From assembly GCA_044892505.1 (NCBI GenBank), contig CM097883.1, positions 436,914,001-436,978,000 on the forward strand: a stretch of 64,000 nucleotides of DNA. Reading direction: 5' to 3'. The notes under the pieces are model-generated. The model did no database searches. It was not told the origin of the DNA and saw nothing but the letters and a program-made list of their open reading frames with translations. The stretch is from Schmidtea nova (taxonomy: Eukaryota). Shown here one piece after another: positions 35,441 to 48,182 of this stretch; position 1 is the first letter of the stretch, and each line of letters opens with the position of its first letter. The position numbers and the translations under genes are program-made.

Positions 35441-35760
35441 GTATTTTTTTGTTTATTATAACTAACTTTAAGATAAAAATCGTAACTTCAATATATTTTT
35501 ACTCTATTATATTATTAGTATCATATTACTTTTTCTCTCAATTTTCAATAGTATTTATAAAACCGATTATTTAATTTTCTTGTTAGGTGACTTGTCTACT
35601 TTGTTTTAGCTTTCGATTCAAACAAATAGTAAGTAATCTAACCTCCATGGGTGTCAAACTGTAGGCCCGAGGGCCAATGCGACCATTAATGTCATTTTAG
35701 AGTAAGTCGTGTAGTTATTGGCTTTCTAATGATTTCTAATGATTTCCTTTTTTGAAAGGT

Positions 35761-35839
35761 GTAGTAAGACAACAGTTACAAATGATAAAGGATAATAGAT
35801 CAGTAATAAACTGGCTATATCCAGTCAAAAATGACAGAC
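35761..35839 (+). repeat. 79-bp direct repeat, left flank of the MULE
   Basis: Matches 37388-37467 with 3 substitutions and 1 indel. Confidence 0.9.
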
Positions 35840-37387
35840 CGAAGAGTGACAACTCGCCTGTAGGTGAGTTGTCACCTAACTCGCCACAGCAAAAAAAGTG
35901 ACAACTCGCCACAAGAATAACAATTTAATAATAATATTAATAATAAAAAGAATTTTATTCAAATACATCTTCCAGATCATCATAACTCGCCACAGCAAAA
36001 AAAAGTTACAAGAATAACAATTTAATAATAATATTAATTATAAAAAGAATTTTATTCAAAAACATCTTCCAGATCATCATATCCATTCTTTTTGTTTTGG
36101 AATATTCTTACTAAAGAATCTAAAAAATCACACTTTTCAATAAATATATAGTTTTTTAAACACGTATATAGTTCTTCTTCGAACTTTAGGAAAACACTAT
36201 TAATCTTGAAAATTCCATGTTTTGCTCTGTTGATATCAAATTCAAATCTGTTTCAATATTGTTATGAATTGTGCTATATTTGGATGAACTACTGATATCC
36301 GGTCATTAAGTGTTCTATTCCACCTCTCGGCAAAATTTGTAGTTCTTGGCAATTTATTCATCACATTACCATAATTATTCCAAAAATCGTGAGTGTAGCT
36401 TGGAAGTTTTCGATTCAGAACATTTTTATTTTCTCCTAAATATACCTTTTCAAAATACTAATAAAAGGAATCTAACTCGTCGATTCCAGAAGCTATTGTA
36501 TTTTAGTTTATTTCATCATAAGTTTCATTTATATCATCCACTGGAACAAAAGACAATAAAAAAAAGGAAATGAACTGGCAAAAAACATCCATGAATTACT
36601 AAAACTTGGTAGAAACTGTGCGGTGATGATCTAAACGTACCATCAATCATTATTAATTCTGATTTTTCAATGTAATTTCTTTTAAACTCATGACTGAAAA
36701 TAATTATACGTTCCGGATCGTTGTACCCTGTATCTTTTCTAAGAAATAATTTTCCTCTCTCGTCAAATTTTAACTCGTCAGGTATATCTTCAACACTGAG
36801 ATCACCAATACCACCAATAAGTGTCCTGGCTCTGTTTATTGTTCTTGAGATCGATTTTATTTGAGGCATTAATATAGCTTCATCCTCTGCCATATTATTA
36901 ATTTCACGCGAAATAATATCTCTCGGTCTTTCTAAAGTTTCTCGTGCACGTTCTTTAATCTTGAATAGTTTTATAAGCTTCTTAGCTTTTTCTACTCTTG
37001 GCTCGTGATTATGCAAGCCGAATTCAAGAACGGTATCTGGATTCGAAACTATCAAAAACCCTCTGCTTTTACGTTCCTGACATCTCCATCTTGTATTTTC
37101 CAGTATTTTTTTGTCTTTGTTGTAAATAAAATTTTCAAAAATTATCATATCTTCTCCTAGCTGGCTTTTAATTTTAAAAAACATAGATAAATTAAACAAA
37201 ATTTTTTATTAATGGGTATTCAATATGAATTAATTATATGAATTAATTATATGAATTTTTAAATTTTCTTGATTCATTCAATTATATTAGTAATTATACT
37301 GGACAAGTCATTTATACAATTCCTTATATAAATACTGTTCTTATTAAATTGTTATTAAATCGTCTGTAGGCGAGTTGTCACCTTACC
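35840..37387 (-). mobile_element. MULE element with decayed FLYWCH-MULE transposase (36052-37199, minus)
   Basis: TIR core gtgacaactcgcct at both ends. Protein motifs RWRC...HNH and IMIDGTFRSSPHSFYQVLVIHG. About 100-bp internal tandem duplication at 35880-36080. Confidence 0.88.
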
Positions 37388-37467
37388 GTAGTAAGACAAC
37401 AGTTACAAATGAATAATGGTTAATAGATCAGTAATAAACTAGCTATATCCAGTCAAAAATGACAGAC
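37388..37467 (+). repeat. 80-bp direct repeat, right flank of the MULE
   Basis: Matches 35761-35839. Confidence 0.9.
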
Positions 37468-37834
37468 ATGTTTAAATATCAATTAAAATGCATTTAAAAT
37501 CAATTTTTTTTCTTTTATTGTTCTAATTCATATTCAACAATTCCTAATGACCATATTAATATCAGTCACAGAGAGTCCGCGCTAAATGTTTTTTACTTCG
37601 AAGGATCGGAGCACCATCTTCCAGCATTTCATGTAAAGATCGAATTTTTTAATTTAATATTATTTATTATAAATAATTATTATACACTTATTCGAAATCA
37701 ATATTCTCGACTACTGATAAAATTTTCAGTAGTACAAAGTATAGGAAACTTTTTAAATTAAGCATGATAGTATTTTAAAAACTTTAAAAAGTCTAATTCC
37801 TTGCGTCACACGCGCGTTTCCTTTGCGTAGGCAC

Positions 37835-40800
37835 CAATGTTCCCTCTAAGCTGTGCGCATGTGCGCGTGCACACGTCTTGTAAAGCGAGCACACACAAAA
37901 ATTTAGAGTGCGCACACAAAAAAATAAGTTCTCGTTGGCTTAGATTCCTCATTTCTCAAAAATAAGCCATGCATTATTGAAAATTAACTTTTCATTAATT
38001 ACTTATTTGTGTTCTCATCATAGTGAAGAAAAATAGCAATATTGATTGATTCACGAAACAAGAGCGTCGATTAGCAAAGATATAAGATTTTATGACGTCA
38101 TGGACATGTGGCACGCTACTACTTATCTTTCTATAAATATTATTTGCGATTTCTATCGCCATAGCCCATAATAAAACCATAACTATTAAAGTGATAGCTA
38201 CGCAACAACGAAGTACAGAGCTTTTGGCCATCTGTTGTAGGGCCGGTGAAATAAATAAATAATAAGTCTTTGGTCCAAAGAAAGATAAACCGAACGAATC
38301 TTAAGTCTTTGGTTGTTTACAAAACGCAGAATGCCGCTTCGAAATTTAAAAATTAAAATAATTAAACAATATGCTATAAATTTGTCTAAAAAATCAAATT
38401 ATGAATTTATTTTACATATTTATCAAGTTATTTCACAATCAGTCGGCGAAATTGATATTTCGATAATTTTATTTAAGGTTTTATAAGTCTAAGTAACGAA
38501 CATGGCGTAATTCAACCGCTCGCGCCCGATGTCTTTGGAATTTCCAAAACCCCATGGGATTTCGGTCAACTAGTAAATACTCTGCGAGAGTGGCTCTGTC
38601 AAACGAGGGTGCCGGTACATCGAGATAGGAAGTCTTACTTCCTATGTTCAAATGGGCATTTCATTTCTTGTCATTCATATACTTTGATAAAACGTCTGCT
38701 CATTCTGCTAGTCTGTTTTTCTGTATTTATGTGTTGAGATAAATCAATATTCACAAATTTAAAAAAATTTCAATTTTTAAATTAAAATATTGAAATCAGC
38801 ATTAAAATGTCTTTATCCAAAGTTCTTAAACGGAAGAAATGTTCAACATCATTTAACAACGCATGGCTTAATGAGATAGTGGAGACTGATACACCACATT
38901 CACGGAATGTTGTGCGTGTTGAACTGCGTGAAATTTTTACATATGATGACGATGCTGGAGTTGTTTGTATGTTTTGCCGTGATGCAAAAGTAACAGGTGA
39001 ATTTGCAACCGGGAAGTATTGGGATGATGTGTGGAAGCTGGACTTTCTAAAACGACATCTGTCATGTAAGTCGCATATGGCTGGTGTAAATGCTCTTAAA
39101 AATCGGAACACTTCCTTGGGATTAGGATTGCTTGGAATGCTCTCTGAAGGTCCAACAGAAAAGAAGAAAAGACTAGAAGCGCTTGAAAAAAAAACGATCA
39201 AATCCAGCTGCCATTAAGATTCTCATTGACGATGTTTTGCTGGCAGTGAAAATGAACAATTCCATGCTCTCTGTCCAAGAAATACATGAACACATGGAAA
39301 AATATGTAAATTTGCCTGATAGTTGGAGAAGCAAAAATTATGCATACGAGTTTTTAGAAAGCATTAATAGTGTTGTTCAAACGGATATGATGAATGAAAT
39401 AGCTTCTGCTGATTTTCACACTTTAACGGTTTACGAAAGTACAGATATTTCTGTAAACAAATACCTAATACTATACTTCAAATTCAGAGTACAAAACAAC
39501 TTTTGGTGGAATATTAGAACTAGAGTCATGTGATGCAACTGCAATAGTTTCTGCAATCAAAAACTTCTATTCAAAGCATGGACTTGATCTAATGAAAATG
39601 TTTATGTTTACTTCAGATGGTGCGTCTGTTATGTTAGGTAAAAATAACGGTGTAGCAGCACAACTTAGACGTGACATTCCACACTTAGTTCAGCAGCACT
39701 GCGTTGAACATCGCGAAGATCTTGCAATTTCAAATTCATGGAAAGAAATCAAATTAATGGGGGATCTGGAAACTTTAATTAGGACTGTTTATACAGTGTT
39801 CTGCAGATCGTCCACGAAACAGTGCAAGTTTGAAGAGATTGCAAAAGTTTTGGAATGTGATTCAGTGGCATTTAGACCAATCAATGAAGTGCGCTGGCTA
39901 TCAAGGCATTTTGCTCTGGAAGCACTTGTTCGGAACTACGATCCTCTGTTGAAGTATTTTGAGCAAGAAAAAAATACTAACAATGATCCAGTTTCTAAAT
40001 ACTGCTACAAGATGTTGAACAAACTCGAAATTCGAATTAATTTGGATGTTTTGAAAAGTGTTTTGTCCGAACTAGCTTCTTTGTGTGTGCTTCTTCAAAA
40101 ACGTTCTCTGACGCCACTTGATGCATTTGATTTGGCAAGAGGAAAAATGAATAAGATGAGAAGCCAGTATCTCTGTGGCGAAGTAGCGTGGGATGAAAAC
40201 GTCAAACTTCTTTTGAAGAACAGTGGTAAAAAAATTGAAGACGTGGATACGCGGTCCATACTAAACTTCATACAATCCCTCTGTGAATATCTTGCAGATA
40301 GATTTCCAGAGAATGAAGTTCAGGACTGGTCCGCTTTTGATTGTGACGCTATAAAACAATGCAATTTCAGTTTTGGTATTGAACAAATTAAGAATCTGTG
40401 CTCAAAATACAAGAATCTCCTTGAGCTCAATGAAATTGATCTTGTAGTTCAAGAATATAACGATTACAAATTTGTTGTAGCAGAAAAGATAAAAAGTAAA
40501 CTGGTTTCCAATTATGCAGACATGGTTACATACGCACTTCAAAGTGACCAGTTTCAACATCTATCCAAACTGATGGATATAGGGGGAACGTTCCTAGCTT
40601 CAAGTGTGGACTGTGAATGAGGTTTCAGTTTAATGAACAATATAAATACCAAATTACGAAATCGTTTAGAAGAATTTCATCTCGATATGCTCATGCGAAT
40701 TAAAAGTTACCTGCTAGATGGCGGAATAATAAATCTGGACACAGTTTATTCGGAGTGGGCTAACACTAAAGATCGAAGGGAAAAATTGTGAATTGTTTAT

Positions 40801-41439
40801 AATTTTGTTATGTTTAAACTTTGAACTTGAATAACTTGGAAGCTCCAACTTGGCACTTCCAAGTTGGAGCTTTGTTCGCGAGCAGTTTGGAAGACTGATA
40901 AAATGACAATGCAGAGTAAATTTTGAAGTTTGTACTAAACATTTATTGATCTAAAAAGCATGTTATAAACTGAAGTTTTAGCGATGAAAGCTCAACAATG
41001 TAGAACGTTTTTCTATACCTATTATAACATTTTATCAATGATTCGTTTCTTCTCCCAGTCCCAGATATATCTGACTCATAATCCGAGTAATTTTTCTGCC
41101 CTAGTATATAATAGTAATTTACATTGAAATGCGAAATGTGTGCTATATTTGTCGAGACAAGATGATTTATTGTACTCTTCCATGGGCTCAAATATCTATC
41201 GCTTTTATCTTACGTATTTTAATGGCCAGAACATTCTATTACCCTATTTAATTCTCGATCAATTAACATGATCGTAATTGGGCCAACACTATAAGAGATG
41301 TTGTTGCACGACAATATTAATCGCGGATTTCGTAATTTTTCAAACTCGCACAGCGCACAAAATTATGAAGCTTCTCAAAAAAGTTGCACAGGCAGAATTT
41401 TCTGCGCACATACTCTTCGAGAAATTAGAGGGAACATTG
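37835..41439 (+). mobile_element. hAT transposon (Tip100/ZNF862-like), 3605 bp
   Basis: TIRs caatgttccctctaa/ttagagggaacattg; exact 8-bp TSD gtaggcac. Confidence 0.95.
38807..40791 (+). pseudogene. hAT transposase, frameshifted with a late stop
   Basis: VCMFC zinc finger; TSDGASVMLG; HCVEHREDLA; RWLSR; SSVDCE*GFS (CERGFS motif). Frameshifts near 39190 and 39490. Confidence 0.92.
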
Positions 41440-41496
41440 GTAGGCACCTATTATTTGTACTTTACATGACTTTCTTATATAAATCATACTTTATAG

Positions 41497-41820
41497 CAGT
41501 GCTCCGCAACCTTTTTAAACACACGGCACAGTAATATTATTTCTTAAATTTACAAAATAAAAAAAGTATTGATTTTAGATAGTAGAAACTTATCATAAAA
41601 ATTTGCTAAAATGGGAAAATTTGTGAACTAAATTGTTTTAAACGAGTACTCTGTATTCTAGGAACTTCAAGATTTAATAGACAATAGTTTTTCTGTATTA
41701 CTTTTTTAAAAAATATATAATTGTTTTAAAATCCATAATTAAAATTTTAAAAATGTGAAATTTTTGATTTGACTGCGACACGTTCGAGTATGATTGCGGC
41801 ACACTGGTTGCGGAGCACTG
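41497..41820. mobile_element. hAT (Buster/Charlie-type) MITE
   Basis: Perfect 15-bp TIR cagtgctccgcaacc; exact 8-bp TSD ctttatag (central TA). Confidence 0.95.
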
Positions 41821-42292
41821 CTTTATAGTGTTGTGAAACTGATTGTTTGATTATTAGTGAAAATATCTATATACAACGTCTTATTGAAATACGCGTCATT
41901 TGACGGAAATGACACAAACATTTTTTTTCTTTTTTTACAATTAAAACAATACACGTATCTAATCTTCTGATATATAAAGAACAAAACTATATATGTTTTT
42001 ATGTTTGTATCGCTAATTCACTCTTGAACGCTTTTTGACAGCGATTTGAAAACAATCTACGTATGTCTTTTGATTAATTAAATTTTGTGCATATTTAAAT
42101 TCCTAAACATCAATGTTCTCTGTCAAATACTACACTGTACATTATTAATTTAATTTTGACTACGAAATTAGCGGTGTTTGAATTACCCATTTTGAAAAAC
42201 CAAGCAATAAATATTTCCAACGTTTTGTCACTGTGAGCATAGTGGTGTTTTATTTACGGATTTTGGAAAAAAATCATTTTAACAGTGTTAAC

Positions 42293-45200
42293 TGCAATGA
42301 AATTGTCAGCTTCAGATTTATTTGAAATATCAGAAGTCATTCGTTTTTTAAAAAAATTATTTAATCCAAAATTTGTTTAAACAATTCTGCATTATTTTAA
42401 CAAATATTTTTGTTCTCAAGACATATTGATATTTTCAAATTTAATTATTTTCTAAAAATGCTATTTTTAAATTTTAACATTTTTAAATTTTAACATCTTA
42501 TTAAAATATTTTAATATTCCTAAATTATTATCCTTTTTCGAAAATTTGTTAATTTTGTATACTGTGCGTCTATCGCAGTGGTTTGCAAACTTTTTTTACT
42601 GCTGGCGCCCCAAAATAATGTATTGAAACTCACGGCATCCTCTCATCTCCCATGTATAAGTAAAGATATGTACTTATATATCAAAACAACATTTATACAC
42701 AAGCGAGTTTTATATTTTCGTAACAACATTTTATTAATAAATATGTATACCAGAGATATATCATCACATTTAGATAAACATACGACCAATTATTGCAAAG
42801 TTACTTATAATACGCTTAATCAATTCAATGGGAAACATGCGACTGGTGTGATGCGCATATTTTTTTAATGTCAGGGCGAATTTGAGATAGGCATTCTCTC
42901 ATTTCATCTTCGACTGCCTTGAGTCTTTCTATTTTTTTAGTTTTGATGTTCACCAAAGCAGAAAAGCCAAGCTCGCACAAATATGAAGCTGAGAATTGTA
43001 GGAGAATTTTGAGCGCTCGTAGTCCTATATTCAAATATTCTTTTTTAATCTCAATCCAGAAGCAGTTGAGGTCTAATTCTTCATATCTTAGTTTCAGTGT
43101 TCGATCATTTCGAATATTCATCAATTCCTCCTCTTCTATAAGTTCCAAATCATTTTTTTCCATCACTGATGCCACAAATGGATTTCTTATCCAATCATAA
43201 TGTTCTACATTGATATCGGAAAAATAATTATCAACTTTAGTCACTAAAGTTGTTAAATGCTCAATAATAAGTTATCGAATTTGGTTATTCTCGATTTCCT
43301 CGATTCTTGATGAAGCTATGGCTTACTTTCTTTATCCACAACTTCAATTTGTCTTTTAATTTATTCTGTTGTTCAAAAATATCTGCCAAATAAGCCAACC
43401 TTGAATGCCACGCAACGTCCTGCAATAATTCGCAATATTCGTTTTGCTTTTCTTCTTCAAAAAATATGATTAATTCTGCTTTCAAATCATAAAAACGACT
43501 CAAAACACGCCCTTTAGAAAGCCATCTTACTTCTGTGTGAAGAATAAGATTTTTAAATTGAGATCCCATTTCTTCGAAAAGTTTATTAAATAAACGTGAC
43601 TTCAGAGGTTTACTTTTAACGTAATTGACCATCTTGACAACCATGTTCAAGACACATTCTAAGTCTATATTTATGGATTTTGCTACTAAAGCTTCACGGT
43701 GTATAAAACAATGTTTGGATACGATATTCATGTTCTTTTTTAGCAAGAGACACAAAGCCCTTTATGGAACCGATCATAGATGGTGCACCATCCGTACATA
43801 TGCCAACACATGTTTACCAAGATATGCCAACTGATGATAAATACTGATCTAAAATATTAAAAACATCTGCCCCAGTAGTTGTTCTTTCAAATTCTTTGCA
43901 ATATAAAAATTGTTCAATTATTTTTTCATCGCTATCAATAAATCGCGTGTATACTAATAACTGAGCTTTTCCTCCAATGTCAGTACTTTCATCAACTTGC
44001 AAAGCATACATATTAGCTTCTTTCATTTTCAAAACAACATTTTCTTCTATGTTATCAGACATTTCATTAATACGTCTTCGTACTGTGTCATCTGATAATG
44101 GAATTTTTTTGATTTCAGCTTCACTTGCTTCTCCGAGCACTACCTTTACAATTGCTAAACATGACGGTAAAATTATTGTCTCTCCAATTGTGTGTGGTTT
44201 CATTTGCTGTGCTATTATTTCTGCGACTATGTAGCTGGCCTCTTTAACACGATCAGAAATTTTGAATTGTTTTGTAAAATTACTACTTTGTTTTTGTTGT
44301 GAACAAAGCAGTCTTTTAAAATATTCCACATTTTTTTGAGAAAGATGAGCATGTTTCGACGAAAAATGGCGCAATAATTTACTAGGCACCATAGCTTCAT
44401 TAGCCAGTATTTCGCCACATACAACACATTTCGGATTAGGAGATATTTTGTCACCACACCAAGTAAACCCGTATTCCAAATAGTTTTCTTGGTATAGGCG
44501 GGTCTTACTCTTACATGCTTTTTTATTAGTTAGAGCTTTATCCTCATTTGTATCACCAGCATTTGTGTCAATTGTACTGGGTTGCAAATATGAATTCTCG
44601 TCTATACTCCTCTTTCTTCCAATAAATTTGTCCATTTTTTTAGACTACCAAAAAAAATAAAATATTCCAGTATGTAAAAATGCTTATTTTAATGTTATGC
44701 TTACCAAATATTGAAAATATTCTATGAACAAAATTTTATTGATATTAATATATTGATAAACTTGTCACAAGTTCATTATGTGAGTAGAAATGAGCTCGAC
44801 TAACAACTAAAACAAACAGTAACACTAACTATATCTGGTTTTATGATTTCTGAGAAAAGTACGTACGTGTCTACGTGCCAAACAATAGCATAATATTTCT
44901 GGGTATAAAACGGATGACAACTTACAGAAGACGATCCAAACCAATATTATTCTAAATTTTTACTGGAGACAACTAAAAATTTCTGCAAATTTTTGCCTAA
45001 AAAAATTATAAAATGTGATTTTTTACGGCACCCCTAAAAATAATTCACAGCACCCCGTTTGAGAACCACTGGTCTATCGTCTTCGTTTGTACTACTTGTC
45101 TTCTCTTATAATAGATGATATACTACTTATACTATAATATTCTATAATTTGGGAGTGCGTCTAGCTGTCTAATATAATGCCCCGACTATCTCCACTTCTG

Positions 45201-46500
45201 TCGAGGCGTTACCTTTTGGGTAATCACAATCTTCTGCGCCTGATCTCTCGGAATACTTTTCTTCTAAATTTGCTATGTAACTTCCATTCGTATCAGTCTG
45301 TTTTCTCTTAAATTCGTGTCCTTCTGCATTTCTTTGATTTCCTTGATATTTGTTGTTTCTTTGATACTCTAAATTTCCTCGATATTCTCTATTGCTTTGT
45401 TATTGTTTTTCTCATGGGTTTAGATTCATTGAATCTTCTTGGGTTCTCTCTGTCTAACCTTGTGTAGCACTAATTCTCTCGATGTCCACCTCTGTTACAC
45501 CTCTTTCATCTGACATTTATACATTCTTTTCTTACGTGTCCCTTTTCTCCGCAAGTGAAACACTTGATTACTCTTCTTGGGCACTTTCATCTTAGATGCC
45601 CTTCTTCGTGGCATATCCAGTGCTCTATCTTTCTCTGGTATTGTCTCTCTTCGTGTTCTCTTCGCCTAGGCCTGAAACCTCGCCATGTTTTTACATATGG
45701 TATATGACTACTGATGGAGCTTTTGATAGCATCTCTATACCTTTACCTTCCAATCACCAAAATATATTTGTCATTTTTCGTGCTTTATGTAGTATTTTGA
45801 TTCGATCTTTTGTATTATCTATTCCTGTGACATTATTTACGCATTATTCGCGCTTCAACTCCTTTTCGTTTGAACACTCGATTAAAAGCTGTTCTTTCAA
45901 TTCTTCCTTTGACAATTGGCGGTTCCAAATCTTGTCTACCAGCTTTTCAATGGTTGCGAAATACTTTTCGGGCTCTTCAATAGTTTGCTTGTAAGTTAAA
46001 GCAGTCTTCAAATCTTGAAGCAATGTTGTTTCCGCCGTAAAGGCTTTTCTTAGTCGCTCTTTGTACCCGGTTTTTTTTCGGTTCGACTTTTTCATATTTT
46101 TCTCTGATATTTTTGTCTAACAAAGAAATTGCTAGTATCTCTTGTTTGTCTCCAGAGTATTGAACAATTTGGAAGAATGTCTTACATTCTTTAATGAATT
46201 CCTCTTCGTTTCTGAACGCTGATAGCATAAGTCGCGACAGGAAAAATTCCGAAGACGTGGTCGTCATGGTAGCTGTAATAAAATTGTCAGCTTCAGATTT
46301 ATTTGAAATATCAGAAGTCAATCGTTTTTTAAAAATTTATTTAATCCAAAAATTGTTTAAACAATTCTGCATAATTTAAAATAATATTTTTTTTCTCAAG
46401 ACAAATCGATATTTTCAAATTTAATTATTTTCTTAAAATGCTATTTTAACATTTTTAGTTTGAAAATCTTATTAAAATATTTTAATATTCATAAATTATT
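42293..46500 (-). mobile_element. gag-only LTR retroelement (direct repeats 42293-42530 and 46274-46500), interrupted by a hAT
   Basis: Two direct repeats of about 230 bp at roughly 85-90% identity. Minus-strand gag from ATG46267 with zinc knuckle CFTCGEKGHVRKEC near 45560. No pol. Confidence 0.7.
42576..45071 (-). mobile_element. hAT Buster/ZBED5-like transposon with decayed transposase (42825-44635, minus)
   Basis: TIRs cagtggtttgcaaac/gtttgagaaccactg; exact 8-bp TSD gtctatcg; BED finger CVVC...RHFSSKH, DESTD, HCFIHRE, RWLSKG, CELGFS. Confidence 0.95.
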
Positions 46501-46988
46501 TTATAATTTAAATGAATATTTTAAATTTTAAAAATAAAAATATTGTCTTTAGAAACGTGTCCTCTCACAAACAATTTACTTATTATTGAAATTTTAGTAC
46601 TGCCATGAAAAACGTAACTTGGCAAGCGATTAAAATGACATAAAAATTGAATAATCATAACTAAAAATACATAAAAACAGATTTCGTATGAAAATAAATC
46701 TGTATATAAAGATTCTTATAAGATTTATAACCGGTAAATAATACAATCAATGCGAGCTGTCATTAGAAAACATTAAAGCATATTTAACATATTTAACAAT
46801 TGCAAGTAAATCAAAATTGTCAAATATAATTTAACCTTTGCATCTTTGATGTGTTTATGATTTTGATTTGTTATTTCAATAAAGTTATCTACCTAAAAAT
46901 CATAAGAAGCTTCACTTCAGTCGGGTGTGAGCTCCAAGTGCTTACTTTGTTTTGTTTTATTCCTGGACGAAGACGGGTAGGGCAGCTA

Positions 46989-46989
<1 letters not shown>

Positions 46990-47031
<42 letters not shown>
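46990..47031. repeat. (TA)n microsatellite
   Basis: Direct reading. Confidence 0.95.
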
Positions 47032-47034
<3 letters not shown>

Positions 47035-48182
47035 CATATTATGTATTTTTGTCAATCAGTAAATATTTTGCATCAATAATTATATACGTGTCCGTTATTA
47101 CTTCTGTATATTTTCTTTTGATTATTTATTAGTTAAATATTTTTTTATAAATTTGATATTTCTTTAAATAATTATTCCAAAATCCGTGAAATTAGAAAAT
47201 TATAATGAGTATTACCATAAATATTACATTATCGGCCTGTGTGATTTTTACTTAGAAAATGGCCTGTGGCTAAAATGAATTTGTACCTTTGGATTATGCG
47301 TATTAACCTCCAATTAGTCGCGTCAATGTGACCACAGGCTATTGAATATAAGTTCTCTTTGTCGGAGACATTATCACGGAACCTTGAGTTACTCAGTACT
47401 ATTCATCGGCATGCAAATGAATCAATTTCCTGTGTGGACGCATCTGACGTCAATGGACTTATTGCTCTTGCACTTGATATAATAAATTGACTGCTTGTGT
47501 TACTTTTTCCAACGCGAATATTAAGAATTAAATATGGTTTCTCTTTTTTATATATATCTTAATTAATCTTAGATACCATTGAATAAAAATCCAATAATCT
47601 ACAAATTAAGTGAAATAAATTATTTTAATGGTTATTTTATAAAAATGAATTGAAAGCGAAAAAAAATAATTTTATTTCATTGAAATTATTTTTTACTTTC
47701 ATTTACCAAATTCTGAAAATAATCATAATAATTGAACCAAAATCAAAATTTTGAATGATGTTCTGATATTCTTTTCCAATTTGTTTTGGTTTCTAATCGT
47801 TTTGAGGTTTGCAGAAAAAAACAAATTTTCCTTGAACTCATTCCTAATATTAGGATCTTTGCTTGCTTTCAACATTTTACGAACTGGAAAAATTCAAGCA
47901 TTCTTAACTTCTCTTGAAATTTGATAGAGGAAATTCGATAGGTAACTGCTTTTAACTCCTTGTAGAGCTAGTGAGTTGTTTTCTAGGATCTGTCTGATTT
48001 TGAAATGTATAACTTCTTTATTCTTTATTTAATCAAATATGTTCTTATTGATAAAAATCTTTTGTTTGAAGTATTTTGTCATTAATGTTAAATTAAAATT
48101 TTTTAAGAATAAGTGAAATATTTATTATATATATATATATTTAGAGATAAAAGGCTCTTTATTTATGAAATATTTTGTAATA

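Noticed and set aside
35441-35574. Hydrophobic C-terminal tail of the 671-aa ORF, suggesting a membrane-anchored GLD-2 isoform
   Set aside because: It is read-through into a T-rich intron past a donor that splices in perfect phase to the catalytic exon. The hydrophobicity follows from base composition.
35647-47290. hAT-MITE-like left end at about 35647 and right-end-like relic at about 47290 enclosing the whole TE nest
   Set aside because: The ends are too degenerate and no TSD is found, so they cannot be shown to belong to one element.
47750-48010. Minus-strand relic resembling the post-RT region of a REL-endonuclease non-LTR element (SREVKNA...MLKASKDP)
   Set aside because: Too short and degenerate to support without a profile search.
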